Origin: a bacterium
GTDB taxonomy: Bacteria; SZUA-182; DTGQ01; JAFGSM01
NCBI GenBank assembly: GCA_049472335.1
Contig: JBLIRO010000024.1
Coordinates: forward strand, 1 to 62,246
DNA: 62,246 nucleotides
Direction of reading: 5' to 3'
Shown here: positions 50,301-60,860 of the stretch, in pieces
Layout of the letters: each line of letters opens with the position of its first letter
Position numbering within the stretch: position 1 is the first letter of the stretch
The notes under the pieces: model-generated
What the model was told of the DNA's origin: nothing
What the model saw: only the letters and a program-made list of their open reading frames with translations
Database searches by the model: none
Made by a program: the position numbers and the translations under genes

Positions 50301-53217
50301 GAAGGTCTATTTCAGCATGGAAGAGGAGATAATGAAACCGAGATTCTGGCCTTTGATTGTACCTTATGAAGAGGCTGTAACCACTGAAGATCCTGATGAT
50401 GAGGTTCAGGAAATGGCGGAGATCGTCTTCGCCTCGGCAGAAGAACCTGATGATCCGGGACTCAACGAAAGCAGTTATCCCGACCTTGTCCAGAGGATGA
50501 AAGAGGCCCTGGTGAGCCGTATAGATAAGGATGCGGATACGGTGGCCAAGGACCTCGGCAATCAGTCCATATATAATGAGTGGTCTTATAACAGTGCCCT
50601 GAGTCAGGGAAGGATCAAGACTTACAAGGACCCATGGGGCAAGTCTTACAAACTGGAGGTAGGATCTAACCGGGTCATTCTAACCTCCAACGGTCCTGAT
50701 GAAAAATACGGGACCATAGACGATATCTCATTAACGAAGCCTTATCAGCCAGTATATCAAAGATATACATCCTCAGGCAGCGGAAGCGGTGGCGGAATCA
50801 TCTGGGGCTTTCCCACCATCTGGGGTTGGACCAGCTCTTTTTTCTTTTCTCCCTCAGTACAGAGTTTTCCTTCCTCTGGTCTCTACGGCGGCTCAACATC
50901 TACAGGTTTAGGTTCTACAACCAGACAAGCTCAGAGCTATAGCGCTGGCTATGGAAGCGCTCCCGCCCCTACAGCAGGCGGCTCTACGGATGGGACCTAT
51001 GTACCGGATACATCAGCAGGATTTCTTACCCCGACCGAAACCGGAGGAGAAGAGCCTCCTGGCGAAGACATAGAGACCCAGGAGCCGCGCAAGATCAGAA
51101 GGGATTTCCCTGAGACCCTTCTATGGAAGCCTTCCCTGATTACCGATCCGAATGGCAGGGCTTACATGGATGCGAATATGGCGGATTCCATTACCACATG
51201 GCGCATGAGCACTACGGCATCAACCATTGATGGAAAACTCGGAGGAAATACGGAAGGGATTGTTGTATTCCAGGATTTCTTTATCGATCTGGACCTTCCT
51301 GTGACCCTTACCCAGAACGATGAGATATCCATGCCTGTTGCCATTTACAACTACCTGGAAGATTCTCAGACCGTACAGATCAAGCTTGAAGTAGACCAGG
51401 AAACACCATGGTTTGAACTGTTGGATACAACAAATGAAAAGTGGGTAGACCTGGAACCCGGTGAAGTCACAGTCGTGTATTTCCGCATCAAGGCATTGGA
51501 AGTAGGCTGGCATGAGCTGACTGTTTTCGGATACGGGACACGAATGAGCGATGCTATTGAACGCAGGATAGAGGTCTTGCCAGATGGCATGGAATTTCAC
51601 GTAAATGTGAGTGACCGCCTTAAGGGAAATGAGACAAGCCATGTGCTTAATATACCAACAGAAGCCATTGACGGTGCCAGCAGGATACTTGTAAAGGTCT
51701 ATCCCGGCATATTCAGCCAGGTGGTGGAGGGACTTGAGAAGATGCTCAAAGTCCCGCATGGGTGATTTTGCCAAACCACGTCGGTGACGTGGCCGAATGT
51801 TTTGATACTCGACTATATGATTACAACGGAGCAAATAACACCCGAGCTCGAGATGACGGCTCGACAGTATGTCAATATTGGCTACCAACGCCTCCTGACC
51901 TTTGAATCACCCGGTAACGGCTTTGACTGGTACGGCAGTGAGCCCGGCAAACCAATCCTGACTTCCTATGGGCTAATGCAGTTTGCCGATATGGAAAAGG
52001 TGCAATATGTTGATCCAGCTATGATACAACGCACCCAGCAATGGCTTCTCGGCAAACAGAACCCGGATGGCTCCTGGCCTCCTGATGACCATGATTTATT
52101 CAATGTCTTAAATACAACACTCCAGTCCACGGCATATGCTACCTGGGCACTTATCCATTCAGGGTATTCCCTTAATGACCCCCGCATTATTAAAGGGAAG
52201 GATTATATCAAGGCCCAGGCTGAAGGAACTGAAGACTGTTATACCCTGGCGCTATGCGCCAATGCCCTTTTGGAGAAGAATCCGTCAGATCCGGCCGGAC
52301 TGGCTATCCTGGACCGGCTTCAAGCCAAGAAGGTTGAAGATGGAGACGCCTTTTACTGGACCTCAGGTGGCCAGAGTTTTACCTATTCATGGGGAAGCTA
52401 TCTGAACATGGAGACCACAGCTATGACTACCCTGGCATTTATGACGGCAAACTGGCGATATCCTAAAACCATTGAAGGCGCCATCAATTATATTATTCGT
52501 GGAAAGCAGGCCTCTGGATTGTGGGGACAAACTCAGGCAACGGTCCTCTCGCTTCGAGTGCTTATGATGGCAATGTCAGGACAGACCGAAGAGATAGATT
52601 CACAGATAATCATCACCATAAACGGCGTAACCCTGGACAAGGACGACATGCCAATACTTAAAGTTAATCCGGTTGATACCAGAGTGCTCAGACTTATCGA
52701 GCTGCAACCCTATACAATAGAAGGTGATAACACGGTTGGCATCAGTCTCGTCGGAGACGGAAACCTGCTCTATCAGATCGTGGGCACATATTTCCTGCCC
52801 TGGGAGCAAGTGATTCTCCCGTCATCCCCGCCGCTTTCTATAGACCTGCAATATGACCGTACGACGCTAACCGTTGACGACACCATCTCGTGCACGGTAA
52901 CTGTAACCAATAATATCCCTGATAGTGTCACCCGTATAGGCATGATAGATCTGGGAATCCCACCCGGATTCCAGGTCTTTTGGGAGGATTTCCAAAAAGC
53001 AATAGAGGAAGAAAGGATCTTCAAATATGAATCCACGAATCGGCAGCTAAGCCTATACCTGCATCCAATCTCTTACGGTACGCCCATAAGTATTACATAC
53101 AGGCTTCAGGCAAAATATCCCTTGAAGGTCTCAACGCCCAAATCCAGCACCTACAACTATTACAATCCGGATGCAAGGGATGAGACCAAACCTATAGTTC
53201 TTACAGTAACGAACTAG
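47392..53217 (+). CDS. Alpha-2-macroglobulin family protein, 1941 aa with an in-frame TGA (codon 1458) at the thioester Cys position: predicted selenoprotein
   Basis: The two track ORFs share a frame and are separated only by TGA 51763-51765; LKVPHG*FCQTTSVTWPNVLILDY aligns with the family motif PxGCxEQ..PN; also TDKPIYQPGQ, ERYVLPKF, RRDFPETLLW, MADSITTW, GYQRLLTFE, TQATVLSL. Confidence 0.82.
51766..51797 (+). promoter_or_regulatory. Bacterial SECIS-like hairpin
   Basis: Perfect stem CCACGTC(51776-82)/GACGTGG(51786-92), apical loop GGT beginning after a 17-nt spacer from the TGA; possible lower stem TTTG/CGAA. Confidence 0.7.
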
Positions 53218-53259
53218 GACCGACTAAAAGATCGATAGGTTTTTTTAGAATATTTGTCA

Positions 53260-53299
53260 GGGGGATAATCCGGGAAAGGGTTATCCCCCCCTCTTTTTT
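53260..53299 (+). terminator. Intrinsic terminator
   Basis: GGGGGATAATCC ... GGGTTATCCCCC followed by a T-rich tail. Confidence 0.75.
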
Positions 53300-53586
53300 C
53301 ATAAAAATTATACATACCCTATAAATTTTATGAAATTTATATCTTGAATCTACCTATTTTTTTAAATCATTTTTCTGATTTATATATTTTGCGCAATCAC
53401 ATTTTCTTAAAAAATAAGCCCCTTAAACCGAATCTTTCAACAGCCCAAAATCATCAAAATAAGTAATAAATTCAAAATATTAAATAAGTATATTGTTCAA
53501 TTGTCAATCTTCAATATCTATAGCTGAAGGAGAATACACAATAAAAAATACAGGATTTCTTCCTTTAAATCATTTGTGCCGGCCAA

Positions 53587-53603
53587 TTGGCACAATGTTT
53601 GCT
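53587..53603 (+). promoter_or_regulatory. Sigma54 -24/-12 promoter
   Basis: TTGGCACAATGTTTGCT, near-consensus TGGCAC-N5-TTGCW. Confidence 0.75.
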
Positions 53604-53849
53604 CAGGTTCAAGCCAATAAAGAAAGGTTTGAATTAGAACATTAAAAAAGCCTTTAAAGATGATATTTCAGTAAATTTTTTTTGACGGTATAGAGATCTC
53701 AAGCAGATGGAGTTATAGACAATTCTATTATTTTAATATCGGTAAGGAGGTGTTAAATGAATTTTATAAAACAAAATGGTCAGGGTAGTAATTATTTTTT
53801 ATTGCTCTATAGCCTACATATTACTACTTAAAAAACAAAGGAAGATAAT

Positions 53850-54677
53850 ATGAAGCGATTTTATATGCAGTTTTTTATTTACTTTTTAGGATTTTGTATG
53901 ATTCTCGTTCTTTTCTCTGCCTGTGGCAGCAGTTCTAATAGAGCCAGAGAAGCCAATTCTCCGGAAACAGGCTCTATAAATTTCAATCTGGATTGGAGTT
54001 CCGTTTCGGTCCCTCGTATAAGGACACTCTCACCTAGCGGAAATGCTTGTGTTGATTATGGAATAGAAGCCATTGAAGCCAATGTCTATAAAGATCCGAA
54101 TACGGTCACTGCTTCCGGAAGCTGCCAATGTGACGCGAATCAAAACATGATAAGTGATGTACCGGAAGGATCAGGATATTCACTCGTCGTTGAAGCCCTT
54201 GCCTCAGGTATTTCTCAGTGGCGAGGAGAGATAACAGATATTACAGTCATTCCCGGAGAGACAACAGAACTGGGATCAATAGTCATGAGTTATATTGGTG
54301 ATGATAATACACATCCCAGCGTACAGCCTATAACTCCTTCCAGTGGGGCCACAGATGTTCCTATAAATATAAATATTATAGTTTTATTCAATGAGAATAT
54401 CATAGAGGCTTCATTAAATCCCAATACATTTATACTTGAAAGCGCTGAAGGAAAAGTAAGTGGCAAGATAACATATAATTCTGAAAGTATGATAGCTACC
54501 TTCGAGCCTGATACCCCCCTCTCCTATTCTCTGACATATACTGCCATAATAAGCAAGCAAGTGCAGGACAGAAATTCCCTCGAATTGTCTAATGATTTTT
54601 CATGGAGTTTCACTACGGAAATGGATTCGCTCATATGGGATGAAGGTAAGTGGGATGAGGCCAAATGGATTGATTAA
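53850..54677 (+). CDS. Lipoprotein with Ig-like (Big_5/SbsA-type) domain and WDxxxWD tail
   Basis: Lipobox FSAC; P..GATDVPIN..VLFNE..ATFEP..L.YTA..WSFTT; WDEGKWDEAKW. Confidence 0.82.
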   Translation: MKRFYMQFFIYFLGFCMILVLFSACGSSSNRAREANSPETGSINFNLDWSSVSVPRIRTLSPSGNACVDYGIEAIEANVYKDPNTVTASGSCQCDANQNMISDVPEGSGYSLVVEALASGISQWRGEITDITVIPGETTELGSIVMSYIGDDNTHPSVQPITPSSGATDVPININIIVLFNENIIEASLNPNTFILESAEGKVSGKITYNSESMIATFEPDTPLSYSLTYTAIISKQVQDRNSLELSNDFSWSFTTEMDSLIWDEGKWDEAKWID

Positions 54678-54812
54678 TTTTTAAATTATGTTTTTTCTTC
54701 CATAAAAAATATGGAGGTATCAAATATGAAAAAATTTTAAAAGGGGTAAGGTAAGATAATGGGGGGGCGTAATATAACTTAGATTTTTTTTTAAAATTGA
54801 GGAGATTAAACA

Positions 54813-56156
54813 ATGAACTACAAAAAAACCCTGTTTTTTCTTTTATTATCTCTTTTTTTATGCAGCCTGGCAATCCTTAATTCTTCTTTCGCCGGAAATG
54901 TAGAACAATCCCAAATTATGCAATTTGTCCCTAACACGCCTGCAAAGGCCTCTGAGGTAAACAGTAATTTTGAGACATTACGTAACGCTATTAATGACAA
55001 TGATGTCAAAACAAATCAGGCAGCTACAGATATCAACAATCTAAACTCCAATGTCAATGGATTAAGCGCTAATATCAGTAACTTAACATCTCATGTCAAC
55101 AACCTGGACTCTGATGTCAATGGATTAAATTCGGATATTAACGATTTAAACCTCGATATCAATAATCATAAAAGCTATCCTGATGCTCATCATTCTCGCT
55201 ATACTGATGCCGAATCAGTAAACGCAATCAAAGAAGTGGGCATAGGGGAACTAACCAATAATAGTGTAACTACTGACTTTACAAGCACTTTTATGGCTCA
55301 AGGGATTGCCATTCCGGACGGAGACCCTGTCGGCGTAACAAGTACAATTACCATACCTGATATCGGCATAATAGATTCTATTAATATTAGTGTCGAGATC
55401 AATACTTCTGACATTTCAGAACTAGACATTAAACTTATTGATCCAAATAGTAATATATATCTATTATACGAGAGAAATGATTGGGCCGAGGGAACAAATC
55501 TAACCGGAAGCTGGCCCGATCCAAACTCAATCCTGGATGGAGATATAACAATTTGGACGGATAAAAATCCCAAAGGAAACTGGAAGCTTTGGGTAATTGA
55601 TCATGGAGATGATGGCTTGCAGGATGACGGAGAAATAACAGAATGGAGTATAACAATTAAGGGATTTTCCACTGATACCGTTACTGTAAACGCCGATTTA
55701 ACAGTCAATGGCTCAATTCGGGCCAACGGTGGCGGCGCGCTCATTACTCCCACCAAGATGCTTGTTTCACGTATTCAAAATACAATCTTTTTTACTGCAG
55801 CGGATGGAACTCAACACACATTGAATATTCCAGACAATACCCAACCGGTTGGAAATACTCATATTTATTATTATCCTAATTGTACTGAAAACGATTGTAG
55901 ATCTGGAGGTAATAATAATGAATCGGTCCTGTACCTGAATATAGACGCATCCCCATCAATCAGCTGTACCTTGCTTAGTGATGAAGATGATCATACGTCT
56001 GTTTCAAAGGGATTATATTGGGCCACAGATAATGGTAACAACGGTATAGATGCATGGGGAAATTCTACCACACCAACATTTAAGCTTTCAAAAGATGGAA
56101 TTTCAGATGGTATTCCTATGGGGAATTATTCAAGTTACGCAATTATCTGCTTCTAA
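54813..56156 (+). CDS. Secreted coiled-coil protein with proprotein-convertase P-domain
   Basis: FVPNTPAKASEVNSNF, heptad N/L repeats, AIPDGDP.GVTSTI..GNWKLWVID..DGEITEWSI. Confidence 0.78.
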   Translation: MNYKKTLFFLLLSLFLCSLAILNSSFAGNVEQSQIMQFVPNTPAKASEVNSNFETLRNAINDNDVKTNQAATDINNLNSNVNGLSANISNLTSHVNNLDSDVNGLNSDINDLNLDINNHKSYPDAHHSRYTDAESVNAIKEVGIGELTNNSVTTDFTSTFMAQGIAIPDGDPVGVTSTITIPDIGIIDSINISVEINTSDISELDIKLIDPNSNIYLLYERNDWAEGTNLTGSWPDPNSILDGDITIWTDKNPKGNWKLWVIDHGDDGLQDDGEITEWSITIKGFSTDTVTVNADLTVNGSIRANGGGALITPTKMLVSRIQNTIFFTAADGTQHTLNIPDNTQPVGNTHIYYYPNCTENDCRSGGNNNESVLYLNIDASPSISCTLLSDEDDHTSVSKGLYWATDNGNNGIDAWGNSTTPTFKLSKDGISDGIPMGNYSSYAIICF

Positions 56157-56165
56157 AGCTTACAT

Positions 56166-56208
56166 AAAAAAATTCACCCCGCAATATTCTGCGGGGTGAA
56201 TTTTTTTT
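56166..56208. terminator. Bidirectional terminator
   Basis: AAAAAAATTCACCCCGCA..TGCGGGGTGAATTTTTTTT. Confidence 0.85.
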
Positions 56209-56258
56209 CTTAATCTTCTTTAATAAACATAATGACTTTTTTTCTACAGATATTTAAA

Positions 56259-58454
56259 TTATCTCGTAATAACACCCCAATTTACAGGGCTTCCATTTTT
56301 GGTTTCTTCTCCCATATCTTGTAAAAGATCAGCCAGAGAGTATTCTCTTCTGACCATCTTGACCTTGGCATCCCCTAAAATTACAAAATCCTCCTCAAGC
56401 TCTGATTTCCCCTTATAAAGAAGAAGTTTCATCCCTTCTTTCAACCCATCATCTTTGCAGATACCGGTTTTTAATACTTCCCCTGTAAGAGAAATAACAT
56501 CACCTTCACATATGGGAAAATGTGCCTTGAATTTTGCCGCCAGAATTGAGCAGAGATGAAAGGCATGTTCCCTCAATCCCTCTTGCCACACCAATTCCGA
56601 AGGATCTATTTCCTCACACACATCCTTGGTGGCCAGAATCTCACCGGTTTCCAGATCCACCATACTGGCAGAAAGGGTTATGGAATCTTCAGCTTCCTGA
56701 ATATAGCCCAATAAAAATGTATCTATCCAGATCCCTGACTCAGAGGAAAGGCCTAAAAAAGGTCTGCCCAGATGATAGGATAGACTTTTTTCATCAACAA
56801 TTAATGGAAGATCTTCAAGTTCTATAATACTGAACCTTCCCTGGTCTATAAATGCTTCTATCAACTGATAGGTCAGATCTCTTTTCATTTGATTTTGATC
56901 ATGATCTCCGTATTGATTCTGTGTAATGAAGGGAATGGCTATCCTCCACCTTTCCTTTAATTGATGGATCTTTTTTATCTTTTTTGTTATCAAGACCGAT
57001 TCTTCCCAAACCTTCCCTGACACATCAACTACCTTTATGTGAACAGCATTTTCCCCCTCCTTAAGCCTTATCATTCTGTTGAATAAAAACCGTCCTTCTT
57101 CCTCTGCATCGATGAATTTTTTAAAAACCCGGTTAAAGAATCTGCTCCAGTGAAGGCCATAGATGGAAAGAATAGGTTCATCATTTATCGTAATCTCTTT
57201 TATCCGGCCCTGTGCAAGGATCTCGATCTGAGGACAAATCTCATCGTGAAAGGTCTCTTCCGGAAGCTGGCTGATTTTGATCCGGATTGGGTCCAGGCTT
57301 CTTCTTGAGGCTGTTTGATATAACAAGGGGGCTACCCCGGAATCGCTGGTTAAAATCCCGGAGGCCATGGCTATTCGTATTTGCTGATAATACGCCGGAT
57401 GCTCCTCCTTTAAGATATTTATCGACCCGCTTGTCCTGTTTTTTAATGAATCCTCAGCCTCATAACTCAAAATTCCTCTCTGCCATTCCTGCAAGGAGAG
57501 TTGATATTGAAAGGAATATGCCCGGTAAGATTCGCCCGATTTTTCATCTGAAAAATCATCCATAAGGTTCAGGGCTACCCTTCTGCCATTCAGATAAAAC
57601 TGAGTAACATCTGACGGGTCATATACCAGGCCATTAACAAGTATTAAGGAAGAGGAATCGTCAGTCCCCGGCTCCGCAAAAAAGATCATGGGACCCTCCT
57701 GATCTACAAGTATCCTGACCATCTCTTCTTTATACTTTCCAAGAAGATCGATCACCCTGATCAAAATGTCATTGATCCCCGTTCTTAAAAAAACTTTCTG
57801 TTGAAATGTCTTGAACTTGGGTTGGCTAAGCTCCAGGAGGGATTTAAACTCCCCTCCATTAATCCGAATAAGAATATCCGCGACAAATGTATCATCCCTG
57901 GCAAGACCCGAGAGAACAAATTCCGTTGCGGCAATCGTGCGCGGATACAGATCGAGCGAGAGCTGGGGGGATTCACGGTCTTCCCGGGTCAGCAAAAGTT
58001 TTTCCTTACGAACCTTGTTGATATAGAATTTGGTTTTGGCGGATTCACATTGATCAAGTGAGATCATAAGGTATTTCAGGGCACTATCGAGATCATGGAG
58101 GTGATAATAGGCTATTCCCAGCTCCCTGTTAGGAAAATATTCGGGTAATCTGTGCATACCATAGGTCCGAACCCATCTCCCGTCAACTTCTCTCTTATTA
58201 GCCGCCCTCAAAAATTCATCCTTTGCATTCTCCCAACACCCCCCCTGGATACAGGAGATCCCCCTAAGATAGCAGCTATACCAGTTTTCCGAAAAAATCC
58301 ATTCATCGGTGATACAATATTCCCGGCCATCCTTCAGGCATGGCTCAGGGAGCCGGTTTGCGCAACCGGTAAGAGAAAGGAAAACTGTCAGAATCAAAAA
58401 ACATAACAGCCGGGATGAGATCCGATTTTTAAAAATATGCAAGATTGATCTCAT
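56259..58454 (-). CDS. Lipoprotein with TPR, Ig-like and CsgG/FlgO-like C-terminal domains
   Basis: Lipobox LTGC; YFPNRELGIAYY TPR; L.EGEN.V.I.V.D Ig motifs; GRFSIIE..ASMVDLETGEIL. Confidence 0.72.
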   Translation of the reverse strand: MRSILHIFKNRISSRLLCFLILTVFLSLTGCANRLPEPCLKDGREYCITDEWIFSENWYSCYLRGISCIQGGCWENAKDEFLRAANKREVDGRWVRTYGMHRLPEYFPNRELGIAYYHLHDLDSALKYLMISLDQCESAKTKFYINKVRKEKLLLTREDRESPQLSLDLYPRTIAATEFVLSGLARDDTFVADILIRINGGEFKSLLELSQPKFKTFQQKVFLRTGINDILIRVIDLLGKYKEEMVRILVDQEGPMIFFAEPGTDDSSSLILVNGLVYDPSDVTQFYLNGRRVALNLMDDFSDEKSGESYRAYSFQYQLSLQEWQRGILSYEAEDSLKNRTSGSINILKEEHPAYYQQIRIAMASGILTSDSGVAPLLYQTASRRSLDPIRIKISQLPEETFHDEICPQIEILAQGRIKEITINDEPILSIYGLHWSRFFNRVFKKFIDAEEEGRFLFNRMIRLKEGENAVHIKVVDVSGKVWEESVLITKKIKKIHQLKERWRIAIPFITQNQYGDHDQNQMKRDLTYQLIEAFIDQGRFSIIELEDLPLIVDEKSLSYHLGRPFLGLSSESGIWIDTFLLGYIQEAEDSITLSASMVDLETGEILATKDVCEEIDPSELVWQEGLREHAFHLCSILAAKFKAHFPICEGDVISLTGEVLKTGICKDDGLKEGMKLLLYKGKSELEEDFVILGDAKVKMVRREYSLADLLQDMGEETKNGSPVNWGVITR

Positions 58455-58465
58455 AGAAATAACTC

Positions 58466-59860
58466 CTAAAAGAGGTAATAAATCATGGACACATAAAAAT
58501 AATGCTGAGCAATACGGCCGGAGATATCCAATCCTTGAAAAGATTCGGCATCTCTTTTATGCCCGAAACGGAATTGATATACAAAATCAAAGGAAAAAAG
58601 CTCCTTATAGGATATGCCGGACCCGAAGCTTACCCCGAATATATCATCAGGTCTGCCACTTGACGGATCAGGATCATAAAAGGCACCTATCCTTACGGGG
58701 ATGATTCTCCCCGGTTTTTGAAAAAGATACTCAGCTCCCAATCGTACCTGAGTGGTAGGGCTGACATCGTCATCATCCTCGGACCTTTTTATAGGGCTCC
58801 TCTCATACCCTGAAGGGGATTTAAGCACATATTGATCCCAACGGGTGCGGTACACATCCAGGGCCAAAGAAAGGGAGTCTGAAAGATCCAGGGAAAATCC
58901 CAATCCATAGGAAAGGGGCATCTTCAGGATCAGATCCATAGGGGGAATTGAGAGGTCTTTAAAAGGTTTTGAGGAAGGATCATCAGGATATTCTTCATAC
59001 AATATCCCCATCCTTTCATAATGGACCTTTGCGTCGAATGGGGTCTTTATAATCCATCCTATACGGAGCTTCCTCATTTTGCCCCAAATTGTAAAGTAGT
59101 CGGATTTAAACAGAAAACCAATATGCATATTAAAGCCGGAAAAATCGTACCTCTCAAAAACTTCGCTATGCTCTATCTTATATTTGCCGCCGAGTTCAAA
59201 TCCCTCGGCATCCTGAATATTGATATTTTCCCATCCATTATCCAGGATATCATGATCCCAGAAATTGAATGTCAAACCCATATAAAACCAGGGATCTACC
59301 TGGAAGGCCAAAGCCGGAGAGATAGTGCTTAAAGAGCCCCTTTGATATTTATAATTCCTCCTGGAAAGATCAATCCCTGCGTCCGGCATTGTTTCACTCC
59401 AGGAATAAAAATTTTTTCTGGAAAATTCATAAAGATGTTGATAATTGAGAGAGAAGACAAAATTACGTCTGAAAAGCAGAAAAGGGACCACTGTGCTGAG
59501 ATAATTCAGATGATAGATATCCAAGGGATGATCATCTATATTTCCATCAACGACCGAAGTCTTATAATCAATCTCCCCTGAATAAAAGGAGCCCACAATG
59601 GAGATTTCAGGCTTGGTAAGCTGCAGTAATCCACCGGGATTCCATGAGGCTGCCGTTGCATCATCAGCCACACTTATAAAGGCCCCTCCCATTCCCATGG
59701 CCCTGGCGCCTGAGCCTATGGGATTAGGTGTTGCGGTCATATCCATATCGACTCCCTGCGAATAAGCCCTCGATGAGATAACCATTTCTCTTATCAAAAA
59801 AAGGCATGTCACTATAACACTAATGATAATTAAAAAACGATATTTAAAGGTCCTTTCCAT
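58466..59860 (-). CDS. FadL/OmpP1-like outer membrane transport protein
   Basis: PNPIGSGARAMGMGGAFISVADDATAASWNPGGL; C-terminal YLF; ATG 59860 preferred over 60019 because it avoids a long overlap. Confidence 0.88.
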   Translation of the reverse strand: MERTFKYRFLIIISVIVTCLFLIREMVISSRAYSQGVDMDMTATPNPIGSGARAMGMGGAFISVADDATAASWNPGGLLQLTKPEISIVGSFYSGEIDYKTSVVDGNIDDHPLDIYHLNYLSTVVPFLLFRRNFVFSLNYQHLYEFSRKNFYSWSETMPDAGIDLSRRNYKYQRGSLSTISPALAFQVDPWFYMGLTFNFWDHDILDNGWENINIQDAEGFELGGKYKIEHSEVFERYDFSGFNMHIGFLFKSDYFTIWGKMRKLRIGWIIKTPFDAKVHYERMGILYEEYPDDPSSKPFKDLSIPPMDLILKMPLSYGLGFSLDLSDSLSLALDVYRTRWDQYVLKSPSGYERSPIKRSEDDDDVSPTTQVRLGAEYLFQKPGRIIPVRIGAFYDPDPSSGRPDDIFGVSFGSGISYKELFSFDFVYQFRFGHKRDAESFQGLDISGRIAQHYFYVSMIYYLF

Positions 59861-60500
59861 GGGCCCTTTCCCGGATAACAGCATTAACAAAACATCCCCT
59901 CTTTTGCACATCAACATCAAGGGTACGGGGAAAAGAATCAGTATCATTAGAAAAAAGGGCAATATAATCAAAAGCAATATACATGTCAGGCGGACCATTG
60001 CTTCTAATGATGATTTCATTTTTTTCAGGGGAATCCATTTTAATTGGTCCTATAAGGGCCACGAAACAATCATTAGGATTAAACTCTGGAGATGTTATGT
60101 GCCTTTCAACAATAAAGGTTTCTCCCTTAAATATTTTAAGACTGATATTCAGATCCTCACCCTGGCTTCTGGCCCAAATTTCTAAATAAGTACTGCTATA
60201 ATCTTCAGAATAGTCGAAATTTATCCTTATTTCATGGGGTGTATTCTCATGTTCACCAAAAGGGTAAATAAGTCTGGGGAAAATACCCCAATCGCCATAA
60301 TTAGCATCATTAGGGTCAAGCATTGATTTCCAATTCCCGGGCACTATATATTCGATTACATTCATATCGGAAAAAACAAATTCACCTGAAGAGTAATTGG
60401 GTTCCCCTATTTGCCAAATAGGGATCCAGGCAATAGCTGTTTCAGAAAAAAGGGCTACCAGAAAAAGAATTGAAAAATAGATATATATTCGCCTTTTCAT
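59844..60500 (-). CDS. Secreted hypothetical protein with C-terminal GCFV (GCFI-like) motif
   Basis: Signal peptide MKRRIYIYFSILFLVALF; WQIG..NYSSGEF; KRGCFVNAV near the C-terminus. Confidence 0.65.
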   Translation of the reverse strand: MKRRIYIYFSILFLVALFSETAIAWIPIWQIGEPNYSSGEFVFSDMNVIEYIVPGNWKSMLDPNDANYGDWGIFPRLIYPFGEHENTPHEIRINFDYSEDYSSTYLEIWARSQGEDLNISLKIFKGETFIVERHITSPEFNPNDCFVALIGPIKMDSPEKNEIIIRSNGPPDMYIAFDYIALFSNDTDSFPRTLDVDVQKRGCFVNAVIRERAHGKDL

Positions 60501-60672
60501 AGTATATGCCTTTTCATCTGAATACACACACCTATATATAATAATAGACGAAAAAAAAACGTGTTTTCCCCTGGAAAAACGGTCTATAATAATATAACAC
60601 CTAAACTTTTAATACTTCAAACTTCAGGAATCCCAGTAATTATTCAAGAACTTTTTGGTTTTCTGGCAGTTA

Positions 60673-60760
60673 ATGAAAATTTCAAAATGTAAATTGAAAA
60701 ATAAAAATTTAAGGAATACATTATTTTTCATTTTGAAATTTGCATTTTGCATTTTGCAAT
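60673..60760. repeat. AT-rich heptamer-repeat imperfect palindrome (similar tract at 39519-39559)
   Basis: AATGAAAATTTCAAAATG... mirrored by ...CATTTTGAAATTTGCATTTTGCATTTTGCAATT. Confidence 0.5.
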
Positions 60761-60831
60761 TCTTCTCAAGATGCCACCTGGATTTTGAAAAGTTGGGAAC
60801 AAGGAGCTTAATCTTATATCTTTAATAACTT

Positions 60832-60860
60832 TTCACAATAAAACACGTCTATGATATAAT
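60832..60860 (+). promoter_or_regulatory. Putative sigma70 promoter (extended -10)
   Basis: TTCACA-N17-TATAAT with TG at -15/-14. Confidence 0.45.

Noticed and set aside
51763..51765. Genome-wide TGA reassignment (code 4 or 25) as the explanation for the in-frame TGA
   Set aside because: TGA terminates many genes here, including coupled ATGA/GTGA overlaps (5508-5511, 10236-10239, 32672-32675), and the other long genes have no internal TGA
51784..53217. Independent 477-aa gene starting at GTG 51784
   Set aside because: No RBS, the start lies inside the hairpin, and it begins mid-domain seven codons after the thioester position
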